Of a stretch of DNA of 64,000 nt, positions 1 through 12,439 are shown piece after piece (position 1 is the first letter of the stretch; every line of letters begins with the position of its first letter). The notes under the pieces are model-generated. The model was given only the letters and a program-made list of their open reading frames with translations. It did no database searches and had not been told where the DNA came from. This DNA comes from the human T2T-CHM13v2.0 reference genome, Homo sapiens, in the NCBI RefSeq assembly GCF_009914755.1, contig NC_060931.1; one strand, written 5' to 3'. The position numbers and the translations under genes are program-made.

Positions 1-237
1 AGAATCATAACAATAGCATAAAACAGACTTGCAAAGTGCTCCCTAAAAATGCCAATACAATTTCAACAAAAGCAGTGTGTCACAGAGAGTCAGTTGGGAG
101 CCAATCCCTTGGTTGAGGAAGTATTTCCATATATGGCTCTTTTTGTTGTTGCTATTTTTCAAAAATTATATAATTTAAAATCTTCAAAAATTGTAAAATG
201 TTTAACATTAAAAAGTAAAAAAAAAAAAAAAAAAATT

Positions 238-540
238 GTCAGGCATAGTGGCTCATGGCTGTAATCCCAGCGCTTTGGATGGCTGAGGCAGGAGGTTCGC
301 TTAAACTTAGGAGTCGGAGATCAGCCGGGGGAACATGGCAAAACCCTGTCTCTTCAAAAAAACACACAAAATTTAGCCAGATGTGCTGGTTGCATGCCTA
401 TAGTCCTAACTACTCCAGAGGCTGAGGTGGGAGGATGGCTTGAGCCTGAGAGGCAAAGGTTGCAGTGAGCCCAGATCACACCACTGTGCTCCAGTCTGGT
501 GACAGAGTGAGATCCTGTCTCAAAAAAAAATAACAAACAA
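238..540 (+). mobile_element. Alu (old, AluJ-like)
   Basis: Dimeric Alu with A-rich linker and tail; many CpG-decay changes. Confidence 0.9.
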
Positions 541-1138
541 AACTAATCTATAGTATTAGAAGTTAAGATTTATTGTTATCTCTTTGAGGCAGGTGTTTTG
601 ATTAGAAGAGGACATAAAGGGGGCTTCAGGTAAACTTGAACTAGTCTATGGTTTAACCTCAATGTTGATTACATGAGTTTGTTCACTAAAAATTTGACAA
701 GCTGTATACCTGTAACTTGCCAATTTCTTGCATTTATATTACACATCAATAAAATAAGTTTAAAATTATGTTGTGATTTGCATCATTTACATGCTTAAGT
801 AAATTCTAAGAATCAAATAGTATCATTGTAAGTTTTTAAAAATTCATGTTTTTAATTATTCTGCAGAAAGTTTGCACCAGTTTTGACTTCCACAAACGAC
901 ATATAAAAATGCAATTTATTTGCATTCTCTTTAGAACTTGCTATTATAATTTTCCTAATTTTTAATGATTTTATGTAAGAAAAATTAAGTGTATACTTTT
1001 CTCTCCAACTTTTTATTTGAAAAATTTCAAACTTACAGAAAAGCTGAAAGAATAATGTAATGGATACCAAAATATCCCTTACTAGATTCACCAAGTCTTT
1101 AAGTTTTTGCCACACTTGCTATCTCTCTGTTTCTATTT

Positions 1139-1277
1139 ACACACACATATATATATGTGTGTATATATGTATATATGTGTATATATGTATATATGTGTGT
1201 GTATATATGTGTATATATGTATATATGTATATATATGTGTATATATGTATATATATGTATATACACATACACACACA
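1139..1277. repeat. (TA)n/(TATG)n/(CA)n compound microsatellite within an old L1 fragment (~985-1540)
   Basis: Alternating purine-pyrimidine tract visible directly. Confidence 0.95.
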
Positions 1278-2028
1278 TCTATTTATCTGTCTGCATTTCT
1301 GAGCTATTTTTAAAGAAGTTTTAGACATCATGACAATTTATCCCTTAATGTATCACTTAAGAGTAAGAATTTTTTTTACATAACCACATTTATCATTACA
1401 CTTCTATATTGTCAAGTAATATCTAGTCCACATTTATAGTTCCACAATACTGTCTTTTCTAGCTGATTAAAAAACAGGATTCAATAAAGTTCATTCACAT
1501 GTTGCATTTAAATGTTTTATCTCTTCAGTTTCTTTTTTACCTAAAAGAGTCCCTGCCCCGGACCGTCTCCCCACCTCCTCCCCTCCCAGCTTTTCATATT
1601 AAAATTTTTCAAGTCTAGGTCACTTGAAAACCTCCTGTTTGTCTTCAGATATGTATGACAATGGTTGATTTTACAAGCTCATATTGCAAAATTATTACAG
1701 GTTTTTAGAAGCAAATGTATCCACAACTGTAACAGATTTTCATTTTTGGATATTGGCTTGTCAGAGCAAGACGCTGGATCTCCAGCCAGGCACCAGATGT
1801 TTTTATTGTGGGGAAAAAAAGAGCATTAAGAGCTTTTAAATCTTATATTATTACTTTGATCATATAAGAAATAATTGTGACATTTCATGCCTGGAAATGT
1901 ATCACGGGGGCTTTCGTTCATATTGACACTATATATTACTGAATGGATCAGTTAATATATAACCAGTTTAAAGGACCTGAAAATGTAGTGACAGCCAAGA
2001 AGGATATTTTGAAGTTTGAAATGATCCC

Positions 2029-2038
2029 TATATAAATA
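2029..2038 (+). promoter_or_regulatory. Candidate TATA box of a CpG-poor ASB4 promoter
   Basis: TATATAAATA about 130 nt upstream of the ATG; no CpG island; GATA-like GATAA at ~2061 and ~2126. Confidence 0.5.
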
Positions 2039-2162
2039 GAACGGATCAGCATAACTTTGGGATAAAATTAGCCGACAGTTTGTGGACTCTCCAGCATGCG
2101 CCTGTTTGCTCGGTGCTGTTCTCTCGATAAATCACAACAAAGCTTCCAGAGGGAGAGGAAGG

Positions 2163-2349
2163 ATGGACGGCACCACTGCCCCTGTCACTAAATCTGGAGC
2201 TGCCAAGTTAGTTAAGAGAAATTTCCTTGAGGCGCTAAAGTCCAATGACTTCGGAAAATTGAAGGCTATTTTGATCCAAAGGCAAATAGATGTGGACACT
2301 GTTTTTGAAGTCGAAGATGAGAATATGGTTTTGGCATCTTATAAACAAG
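2163..2349 (+). CDS. ASB4: ASB4 coding exon 1 (M1-Q62, first base of G63)
   Basis: ATG at 2163 in strong context (aggATGG); translation [25 protein letters not shown]... recognised as the ASB4 N-terminus; donor AAG|GTAAAA at 2349/2350; 187 nt, phase 1. Confidence 0.97.
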
Positions 2350-4250
2350 GTAAAAACATATAGGTGTTATTGTAGAACTGTTAGAAAATGATTTAAAAAA
2401 ATGCACAGTGTCAGTTATCCACTCTAAACAGTAGTTTTTATTGTTTCTTTAAGTATTCATTTAAAAAATATTTCTAAATTGATATTTTCTTTCTTTTTAA
2501 ACTAAAACACATTGTGGGCTGATATATATGTATAAGTCGTGTCTCTCCTTTTCTTTTCCCACCCTTGGGCCTAGGACTTGAAATCCCAGACAATCATTTT
2601 TAGCAATGCACTCTCTCTGTTTTTAACTTTTCTTCTGACTATGATGATATAGAAGGAAGAAAACATTTTTAGATTATGGCTAAGCAGATTGTTGAAACCC
2701 TATCTTAGACAATGTACCTGGTTTAAGAACACGCTGCTAATTCTCCATTAACAGCTACTTAAAGATATATCCTCTCTATGTCCATGTGGATGAAAAAGAG
2801 GAATCTCCCCAACATTTGGAGGGTTAATAAATGGATAAAGTGGTGCCACAGGCACCTTCATGGTCTTCTTCATTTTAATGAGTTTTCAGTTCAGGCACAA
2901 AAGCTGAATTCAGCAAAACCAAAAAGTTAACTTTTTTCCTGGACTACAATAATTGTTCAAAATTGTAGATGTGTTTAATACAGAATATCTGTCTTATAAC
3001 GACCTAAGGAAAACAAAAATTAGACCAATTTTTTTTTACCAAGGAATTTTCTGGAACCCATGCTTAATAAATCAGAAATGAATTAGAGTTCCACTGATTC
3101 TGATTTCCCAAATCAACTGGTTAATTGGGGGAACGTGAGTAGTTAGATCATCTGGCGAGCATACTGCAAACATGCTGCTCAACATCACTAATGTTTAATA
3201 CAATATAGATGCTAAGGTCTTGTGTATAGCATTTAGAGACAGTCATTATTTTAATGTTTAAAAATGATTTCTGGCCATCTATAAATCATCAGTATAATAC
3301 ATTTCCAGATACAAATGCTAATGGTACAGTATATATTTCTTCATTAATTTACTGTCCTCCGATTGTCAGTTCTGAGGGACATATAGAAGAGCTCAGGCTA
3401 GTTACTATGTTTATGATTTTTACTCAAGGGCTTTATAATATTTTGGCATTAATGGCATTAATATTTTGATGGGAAGACAAAGAAGGGATCTATTTTTTAA
3501 AAAGTTTATGGGGTCTGTTAGAAAATTTGTATACTATATAATCAGATTGCTTTCATCTTATAATTTTGTTCAGTGATAGAATGTCTGAATGCTAAACTAA
3601 TTTTTAAGATGTTTTTAAAAAGCTTATATTTGTGCCTAGGGTGAAATAACTCAGGTTCAAGTCAGTGGGTAAGTTATTTGACCCTGAGTTGCAAAGACTG
3701 TCTTCTCTCATCTGAGCAGGCCAAGTTGCACAGATTGTGGGAAGTTTCTGAGGATATAAGAAACCAAGTTTTAGGTGCAGGCTCTAGGGAAGTGGAGGGG
3801 AGAGGTGGGGTTGGTTCTCCTACTTCCACCGGTGTCATCTTCCTTGAAGGAAAAGAAAATACATTTTAAATTCTTCTTGTCAATATGAGCTGACTCCTAT
3901 GGTCCTCATAGAGCTAAATTTTCATTCCCACGAATTGAGGTGTTTTCATAGTGTTAGGACTGTGGGATGTGGCTTTCAATTAGGGAGATAGCAAATTACA
4001 CCCTCTGGAAAAGGAAAAGAACAGTTCCATTCTTATGTATGCCAAGTGGATGCTTGCACAGAACTAGTAAAATTTGTGGTCTTACTTTTAGGGTTTATGC
4101 AGGAAATTTGTGTCTGCACTCATGTGTAGAAAGAAACACACTTGAAACACACTTCTCCACTACTCTGTTTAATACGCACATGGGCACAAGGACCTGTCTC
4201 TTTAGTCTTAAACCCAGGTTAAAACTTCATCTTTCTTAAAAGTTTCTTCA

Positions 4251-4674
<424 letters not shown>

Positions 4675-7600
4675 TCAATTTCTTAAGTCATAAAGTCATT
4701 GTCAGGCAACAGCGTGGAGCTGAGCAGTCTACAGTGGTTAGTTAGTTCTTTTCTAAATAGTTCAAAGGAATAGGACCCATTTCTGTGTGGCCTTAAAAGG
4801 TATGTGGCTGGATTAAAGTTTGTGAGACTTTATTAAATCAAAGGAGAAGTTTTGGACCTTGGACGCTGTTGAACTGCTACACACTGCTCTTTGATTTTTT
4901 TAAAGCACTTTTGAAAAGCTCTCCGCAAAAGTGCATAAATAAGTGTGCAGCTTGATTACTTTTCACAAAATAACAAACCTATGTAACCAGCATCCAGATG
5001 AGGAAACAGAGCATTCCTGTTTACTTTTAAAGTGTGGGAATCTTCAGGTTTCAGTTATTTTTGGCTTAATAAGAAAGACAATGCACAAAACCTATAACGA
5101 ATCTCATGCTACTCTTAAATTTCCTTGTGTAATCAATACTAAAATTCTATATTCAACATTTGATAGTCCTATAGAAAGTGAAAAGTAGTACAATCAATTC
5201 TAAACCATTCTTATTTATTTAGAACATACAGCATTTTTATAGGATTTAAGAAGTAACTAAATTTTATCCCTAAATATAGTCCATCTAAGCCTATATGAAA
5301 GTCAGTGTATAATTTTTGAAAAGGGAACTCAGAACTCTGCTGGCAAATAAATCACCTAAAATCTAAATAGTGCTTCCCAAATTTACAATCTACTGGGCAC
5401 ACCAGTAATCAAAAGTTTAGCTCATAAGCAAATATGAAATGTGTATTTTGTGAGGAAGACAGAATAAAGCTACTGGATTACAAATAAGTCTGGAAGCTCA
5501 TTTCTGCTTTCCTCTGTAGCACTGGGCCCATCTCATTGAATAGCTTCTCTTACCAATTTGGCAGAGAACAGATTTAGAAGCCAGCCTCCAGAGTTCATGT
5601 TCAAACTGTGGATCCTGTCTTTCTCCAGCACCTAATCATGATTCTTAAAGTTAGAGAGCTCTCACTTTACTTTTCTAAGTTATTTTAAGCTTCATAATAA
5701 AATCTGCAGATGAAATCATGTTTTATTAATTTAAAGAAACTTTTCTCACATTTTGTAAAGCAAACATTTAAAATGTGCTGGTTGGCATTTGAGAGACCTC
5801 CCTGGGAATGGCGGAGATAATGGGTCTTAAAAGCAAAAACAAGTAAGCCAAAATTGCGTTTACCAGATGATCACTTTAAAATAAAAATGATATAAAGAAA
5901 ACATAAAGAATGACTTTCTAACTGCCAAATGCAATAAGTCATTGAAAGTCAAGGGATGTCAGTGATATAACATTAATTATGAGCCAACCACTGAGTATTT
6001 AGAGTGAAGTCAAGCACAGAAGAAATCTTTAAAGAAAACACAAATGTCCCTTCTATTGGTTTTCACTGGTTACTTCCATACTGGAAACACGAAGGACTGT
6101 CCATAAAACTGTTTCCAAAGGCTTTACCAACTTGATCTTCCTTCAGATGTATGAGCTTTTGCTCATAAATGATACAGGCAGAATTTCATACTTATCTCTT
6201 TGGTATGAAATTCCCTAGTCAGCAAGGTTAATCAGAGTCCTTTTATTAATCAGGGTAATGCACTTTAAGTACTTCGTTTATGGCCCATAGCCACTGATTC
6301 CTTGGTTGGTAGTCATATTTTTAATTAAAATAACCAATGAATGATTTCACTTAAAAAACTTTCTGGCAGGTACTCTGTTTCCTTTACTAAGTAGCAACTT
6401 ATATCCCAATATTGTGAAAGCTCTTATTTCCACTCTCTGAATGAATAATTTCTTTATCACCTAATTTTCCTCTTTGCCAGAAATTCACTCTCCTGCTTTC
6501 CCATTTCCATCCTAGGGTTCTTTTCCTTTCTTCGATGTTCAAACTTTTTTCTTTTACATTTTACACTTCAAACTTGCTTTTATCCCCCCTTCCCAGGGGA
6601 ACTTTGAGTTATCTGGAAAATATTAGCTATTAAAAAATAGCCAAGAATTGTGCTTCAGTCTGTAATCCTTCAGGACTGTGTAAATACATGGACACAGGCA
6701 GAGCAAATGTCTGCTAATCCAGCCACGAGCAGTGTGTGTAACCTTTGGCTGTAATAACAGAGGCTTCTCATGTGTGGGGTTCTTTTGACTCAGATAACAT
6801 TATAGTTGATAACTGTTGCAGAGCCCAGGCTTAGCTGAAGGTTTACCAGAAATGTGTACATCCTCTCCAAACGCTGGAGCAGAACCAATCCCCTCTTCCA
6901 AAAGAAGGCCCAAACACTTTGCTCCTTGCTATATTTCTAGGCAGCTTTCTACCCAGCTATTGGGGCATATCTCTTTGGTTTCAGATTTAAATTAAACACA
7001 CACGCGCACGCGTGCACACACACACGATTAGTCTGCATATTTTCTTTTCAGGGATAAAACTTCTCAAATTCCTTTAGAACTTTTAGCTACAAGTGATATC
7101 AGTTTGGAGGTAAACTGCATGTAGCCTTCGGATCATAGACGGCTATTTAAAGATTTGGGGGCAATGGAGTTTGAGAGTTAGAGTTGATTCTGTGGGTACT
7201 TGTTATATGAACATGGACACTTTATACTACTTAACCTCTTCCAGACTAATTATCTTCATTTGTAAAATGGAAGCTTTGACAAGACCCTCTCTAAGTTCAG
7301 ATTCTGGCATGCAGATAATTAATCACATTATGAAGGTGAAACTATGTAAACAGATTATGTATCATGGTCAAAGCCACATGGGCATGGCCTGTATTTGGGA
7401 GTTCCTGTGGGTTTTGTACACAGGGGAAATAATCTCTATTTTTCTTTTCTTCTTAGTGGAGCTTCTTATTCAAACAGAACTCTTCTGCAAGGAGCTGTCA
7501 CTGCACACAGACTCTAGACATGGGGTAGCGTGTGAGTGGTTTACATTAGAGGGAGGCAGCCGCTGCTTCACCTCCCACCCCTAGCTCCCATGGGCTTGGT

Positions 7601-9549
7601 TCCCCGGTTCTCCCTCACCTCTGTCCTTTGTGAAGTCTAAACACATAGTAAAAGGGCAGCCTGAAGTCTGCAGAGGTGAGCAGAGGGGGGCTTTTGAAAG
7701 ACAAATACTAGGAATAAATCACATTCTAGGTTTCGAAGCCCTGGAAAAATTTTGCTGTGGGAAGAAGGGAGTGTGTAAAAAATGAATCTGCCTCATCAGT
7801 TAATTGTGTTTCTAGCATGCTGTGGTCATTGGTGGTTATATTTTGGGGGACAAATTCTGATCTCTTGACATATCAGCATCAGCAGAAGATTGTGAACAGG
7901 CACAGCCTCATCTGTAGTTTTTGAAGATAGCTTTACCTGGGGTTTGGTCCTCCATGACAGTAAGTGTATTTACTTCCACACTTGCTACACAGTGACCTGT
8001 AGGCCCAGCCTCATTTTAAAGTGATGATTGTACGCTGATGGCCCTTTTGCCAGGGGCTGCTCTTTTCTCTGCTCAAAGCAGCAGACTTTTCTGATATGCT
8101 CAGGGCTGAATTATTCAAAAATCCCTAGCCCCACATTACCACCAAAGTTTTGCAACACAGCTTCCAGATACACTTCAGTATACCCTAAGCTATAGCCTGC
8201 AAACTGTCCTCTTGCCATTTCTCCACTTCAGCTCCCCAGAGGCAGCAGCTAAGGTGTCTTGTTACCACCTACCTACACACATTCCTATCTTAGGAGAGGT
8301 GAGTTGTAACCACAACTCCATTCTGGGAGTTGGCTGAATTCCAGGACCTTGTAGTCTGTGAGCCTGATTGACCAGATAATGTTTATGATTACAGGAGATG
8401 CAGAAGAAACTGACTGAGAGGCCAAGGATGACTGACTCACATAATACACGAACAGGATAGAGTCTTTAGGTGCTACCTGGAAGTTAGGAGGAGGAAAAAA
8501 ATTCAACTAGCAAATGCATTTCCATATCAGAGATGTGAAATATTACAGATGAATTGAGGATCTTCTTCCTTTCCTTGTGATTTGTGAAGCAGGCTTGGAG
8601 GTAATTCTATTCTGCTTCCACAAAGACAAAGACAGATGAAAACTGCATTGCGGGTATTCTGAGTCCATGAGTTTGGATTGAGGCAGGCAACTCATGGCTC
8701 TAGCAGGCTGAAAAAGTGGCAGTTTTCTCATCTGGAAAATGAAAGGCTTGGACTGGATAATCTTCCCTCCAGCGCTAACATTCTGTGTTTCTTTGATTTT
8801 ACATCAAAATGGTGTTTTCTTAATCAGCTCTCTGCTGCTTCCTTTCTGGGATCATTTTTCTTCCCATTGCAGAAGCAGGCGCAAATTTCCAATCAGTTGT
8901 CACAGAGAGCTGCCTAATTTTTGCTGTTAATCAGCAGGCAAAACACATCCTGGTTTTCAGACCTGGAACCAACTTCTTAGGCAGTTAGGAAAGACTGTTT
9001 TTGCCAGTTGCTTTTTGAGGAAATTTGAGTATTAAAATGACTGATTAAGTATTGAAGTTAATGTGATTCGTTCATCATCAAAAGCAAGCTGCATGACATA
9101 CAGCTTAGGAACTCTGCTCGGAACAGAGATTCAATGTACATAACTCAATAGAAATGTATAAATGAATCTATATGTACATACATTGTGTGTGCATATCAAT
9201 TTGCACACACATACACACGAGGCGTGGAGTTGATGCTCCCCAGCCCAGACTGTCTATGACACTACTTAGTTCTGCCATGGAAAGTCCATATAATCCAACA
9301 CCATCTCTTCCCAGTGTCTGGAATCTCAAAGTAATATATTAGAATTTAATTCTATTAGCTGAATATAGATTCTTCTATAAATTCAGATAATCCTCAGAGT
9401 GATCATACTTTAAACAATCCTCAGTCCATTAGACCTTAATGTGAAATAACTGGATTTCTTTTTAAAGAGGAGATTTGGATAAAGGGAAAGGTGGGAGAGA
9501 GAGAAAGCAAGATGGCTCTAGAATTCTGAATGGAGTAAAAAAGAGATGA

Positions 9550-9551
<2 letters not shown>

Positions 9552-9588
<37 letters not shown>
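9552..9588. repeat. (GT)n microsatellite
   Basis: About 18 GT units. Confidence 0.97.
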
Positions 9589-9592
<4 letters not shown>

Positions 9593-9719
9593 GCTAGGTT
9601 GGAGGATACATTACAGAAAGACAGACAAACTTTGGGTTGAGTTCATTCATTCCTGTGGGATTAATCACTGTGCACAACCTTGTAAATAGCTTCTTTAAAT
9701 TAAATTATTTTTTCCCCTC

Positions 9720-10325
9720 TGGACAGAGAGACAATAGCTTATTTTGATTTTATTTATTTTTGTTAAAAAGCAATACATGCACAGGATACTAAATTTAGAA
9801 GTTGCCAAGGAGGTAACTTGGTATGTTACCTCCTTGTAACAAGAACAAGTGCATTTCTGTCCTGATCCCCCAACCCCCCAGTTCTTCTTGGAGGCCACCA
9901 CTATAACCAGTTTCGTGTTCTCAGTGTTTACAAATGTATTTGCATATGATAGCATAGTTTGTATACTGTTTGGCTCCCTGCTTCTCTCATTCAGTAATAT
10001 ATCTTGAGATCTTTCCATTTCAGTCTATATAGAACTGCCCCTTTTTTAAATGGTTGTATAGTATTTGATTGACGGATGTATCATAATTTATTTAAGCAAT
10101 CTCCTATCAATTAACATGGAGGTTGTTTAACCATTCGAACAATGCTGTAGTGTAGTGCATGTTCTTGTATGTAGACCAGGTTGTCAAGATTCCTAAGTCC
10201 AGGAGCACATTTCACAGAGTACAATGCAAATGTTGTTTTTTGTGGAGTTGTGCAATACAGTGGTCCTTTAGGACATTTCACATGGGTGTTTATGCTTATA
10301 GGATAAATACCCAGGAGTGGCATGT
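9720..10325 (-). mobile_element. Old L1 (L1M-type) 3' fragment
   Basis: Antisense L1 3'UTR-like motifs (ctctcattcagtaatatatcttgagatctttccat; ggataaatacccaggagtgg); approximate boundaries. Confidence 0.65.
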
Positions 10326-10339
10326 CTCTAGTGTTTTTC

Positions 10340-10760
10340 GCTTAAATGAGAGAAATTTAATACCTGATCACCAGGCCCACTTTTAATGTGGTCATCATCC
10401 TCAGAGCACCCTCTAGTAGTTCATCATTTCTTGTAAGGGGCAATGCCCAGCAGTCATCGTAATATTCTGGATTTCTTATGACCTTATCTAATCAGTGAAG
10501 AATACAATGTTTACTTCTCTTGTTCTGGACACTACACTTTTATTAATGTAGTTTCAGATTGTATTAGTTTTTTGGCAGTACCATCCCACTGTTGGCTTAT
10601 TTTGAGATTACAGCTCAAATCCCTAGGTTGTTTCTCAAATAAATGACCATTAAATCATATTCTGCTTACTTTGTACTTGTAAGTGGAATTTTTATAATCT
10701 ATAAGCAAACTTTTGATTTATCCATGTTAAAATTTATTTTGTTGTTTCAGCCCTAAAGTA
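10340..10760 (-). mobile_element. CR1/L3 LINE fragment
   Basis: gattgtattagttttttggcagtaccatcccactgttggcttattttgag resembles the L3/CR1 consensus; approximate. Confidence 0.5.
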
Positions 10761-11937
10761 ACTTCTACGCTGTGACTGTTGAAGAACTATCTCTTCATCT
10801 TCTTGCCCTCAGTATTTTTTCTTTCTGTACCTATTTTCCGTTCTCCATTCATAAAAGCTTAAATGCTATGGCTATTGGCATTGACATAGAAAGAAGGTTT
10901 ATAAAGTCATCATAGTTATAGCTTGTCAAATGTGGCAATAGTTGCAGATTTATAGAAAAAAGACCAGCTCAGCGTATAGAAGTCAGAGATCAGTGGGAGA
11001 AAAGAGAGAGAGAGAGGCAGAGAGAGAGAATGCACATTTCCAAAAACCAATGGGAAAAATTATTGAAGATCTCAGTTCTAGGCACATCTATGCTTCCCCT
11101 GCCCAATCATTTATGTATGGCTTGTAGACATAGTTAATTATGCAACATATCTTATTTTCCTGTTTATTTTGGCTGCTAGGAAATTCAAAGGCAAATTTAC
11201 AATGCCATTCTAGTGTATAGGATACAGTTTATATTTTGTGTATGTATTTGTCTTACTTTTGACATTTTTATTTTCCTACTTTTTTATTTTGCCCTTATTT
11301 TCTAAATCGTTTAAAAAATCTTTAAGTGTGTGAAAGTTGAGAGTTGCCTTAAATTCGTCTTTGGAAAGCGATATTGCATAAATCAACAGGCAGGCAAATA
11401 AAATCTTGGAGTGATAATTTTTTTAAAAAGATTAAATATATTCATATGTTGGATTGACAACAACTATAGGAAAAAAGATTTTGGATAGAATAAAAATTAT
11501 AAGCTTGCAACTGACAGCCTTGGAATCATTCAAGACAAACTCTCAATGATTGAAAGTTTTTTAAAAAAATATCCTTGAAGCATCTCAAATAACTCAGCAT
11601 GCAAAATAAAATACAATTACATAAATGAAGATCCCAAACTTAAATGCCTTCAAGACCTAGAAAGGTAAAGTAAATAAAGGAACAAGACACAGTAATAAGA
11701 AACAGTAGAGACAGTGAGAGCTTGAGAAAGCCTGTTCCCCTGATGAATATCAGAATATGCTATTTAACAAAATGCTTGCAGACCCATTAGCTATTAGTTT
11801 AAAACCTCTGTCATCCCCTCTCCACCCCACTTTTATAAATGTGGCCAAAATAAAATACTTGTAAAAATCCTCACAAAACAGGGAGAAAGCCTAGGTCAAG
11901 AAGTTAAACTTTCCTTTTCCTTTTTTTTTTTTTTCAG

Positions 11938-12237
11938 GTTACTGGTTGCCTAGCTATAAATTGAAGTCTTCCTGGGCCACAGGCCTCCATCTCTCTGTCT
12001 TGTTTGGCCATGTGGAATGTCTTCTGGTGCTACTGGACCACAATGCTACAATCAACTGTAGACCCAATGGGAAAACCCCTCTTCACGTGGCTTGTGAAAT
12101 GGCCAATGTGGATTGTGTTAAGATCCTCTGTGATCGTGGGGCAAAGCTCAATTGCTACTCCTTAAGTGGACACACAGCTTTGCACTTTTGTACAACTCCA
12201 AGTTCCATTCTCTGTGCCAAGCAATTGGTTTGGAGAG
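11938..12237 (+). CDS. ASB4: ASB4 coding exon 2 (ankyrin repeats, G63-G163)
   Basis: Long polypyrimidine tract + CAG acceptor at 11937; 300 nt open frame with ankyrin motifs ([17 protein letters not shown]); donor GAG|GTAAGC; phase 1-1. Confidence 0.97.
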
Positions 12238-12439
12238 GTAAGCCTTTCTGGGTGGCCAACATTGTTGTCTGCTTGTACACTCATGGTTTCAAGACTTTGT
12301 GACCCCTACCTACCCCAGATGATGTAGTAAGCATAAAGATGCAATTATGCCTAGTACAGAAGGCCCTAAAAAATACATAGTTCTGTTGATTCAGGTAATT
12401 CAATGATGATCACATTAAAATCTTATTATCTAATAGCAG

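Noticed and set aside
1060-1331. Y/I/C/V-rich ORFs
   Set aside because: Microsatellite translation.
7005-7026. CA/CG alternating tract
   Set aside because: Short degenerate microsatellite with no further support.
12238-12302. Exon 2 read-through tail
   Set aside because: Strong GTAAGC donor and only ~21 codons, consistent with chance.
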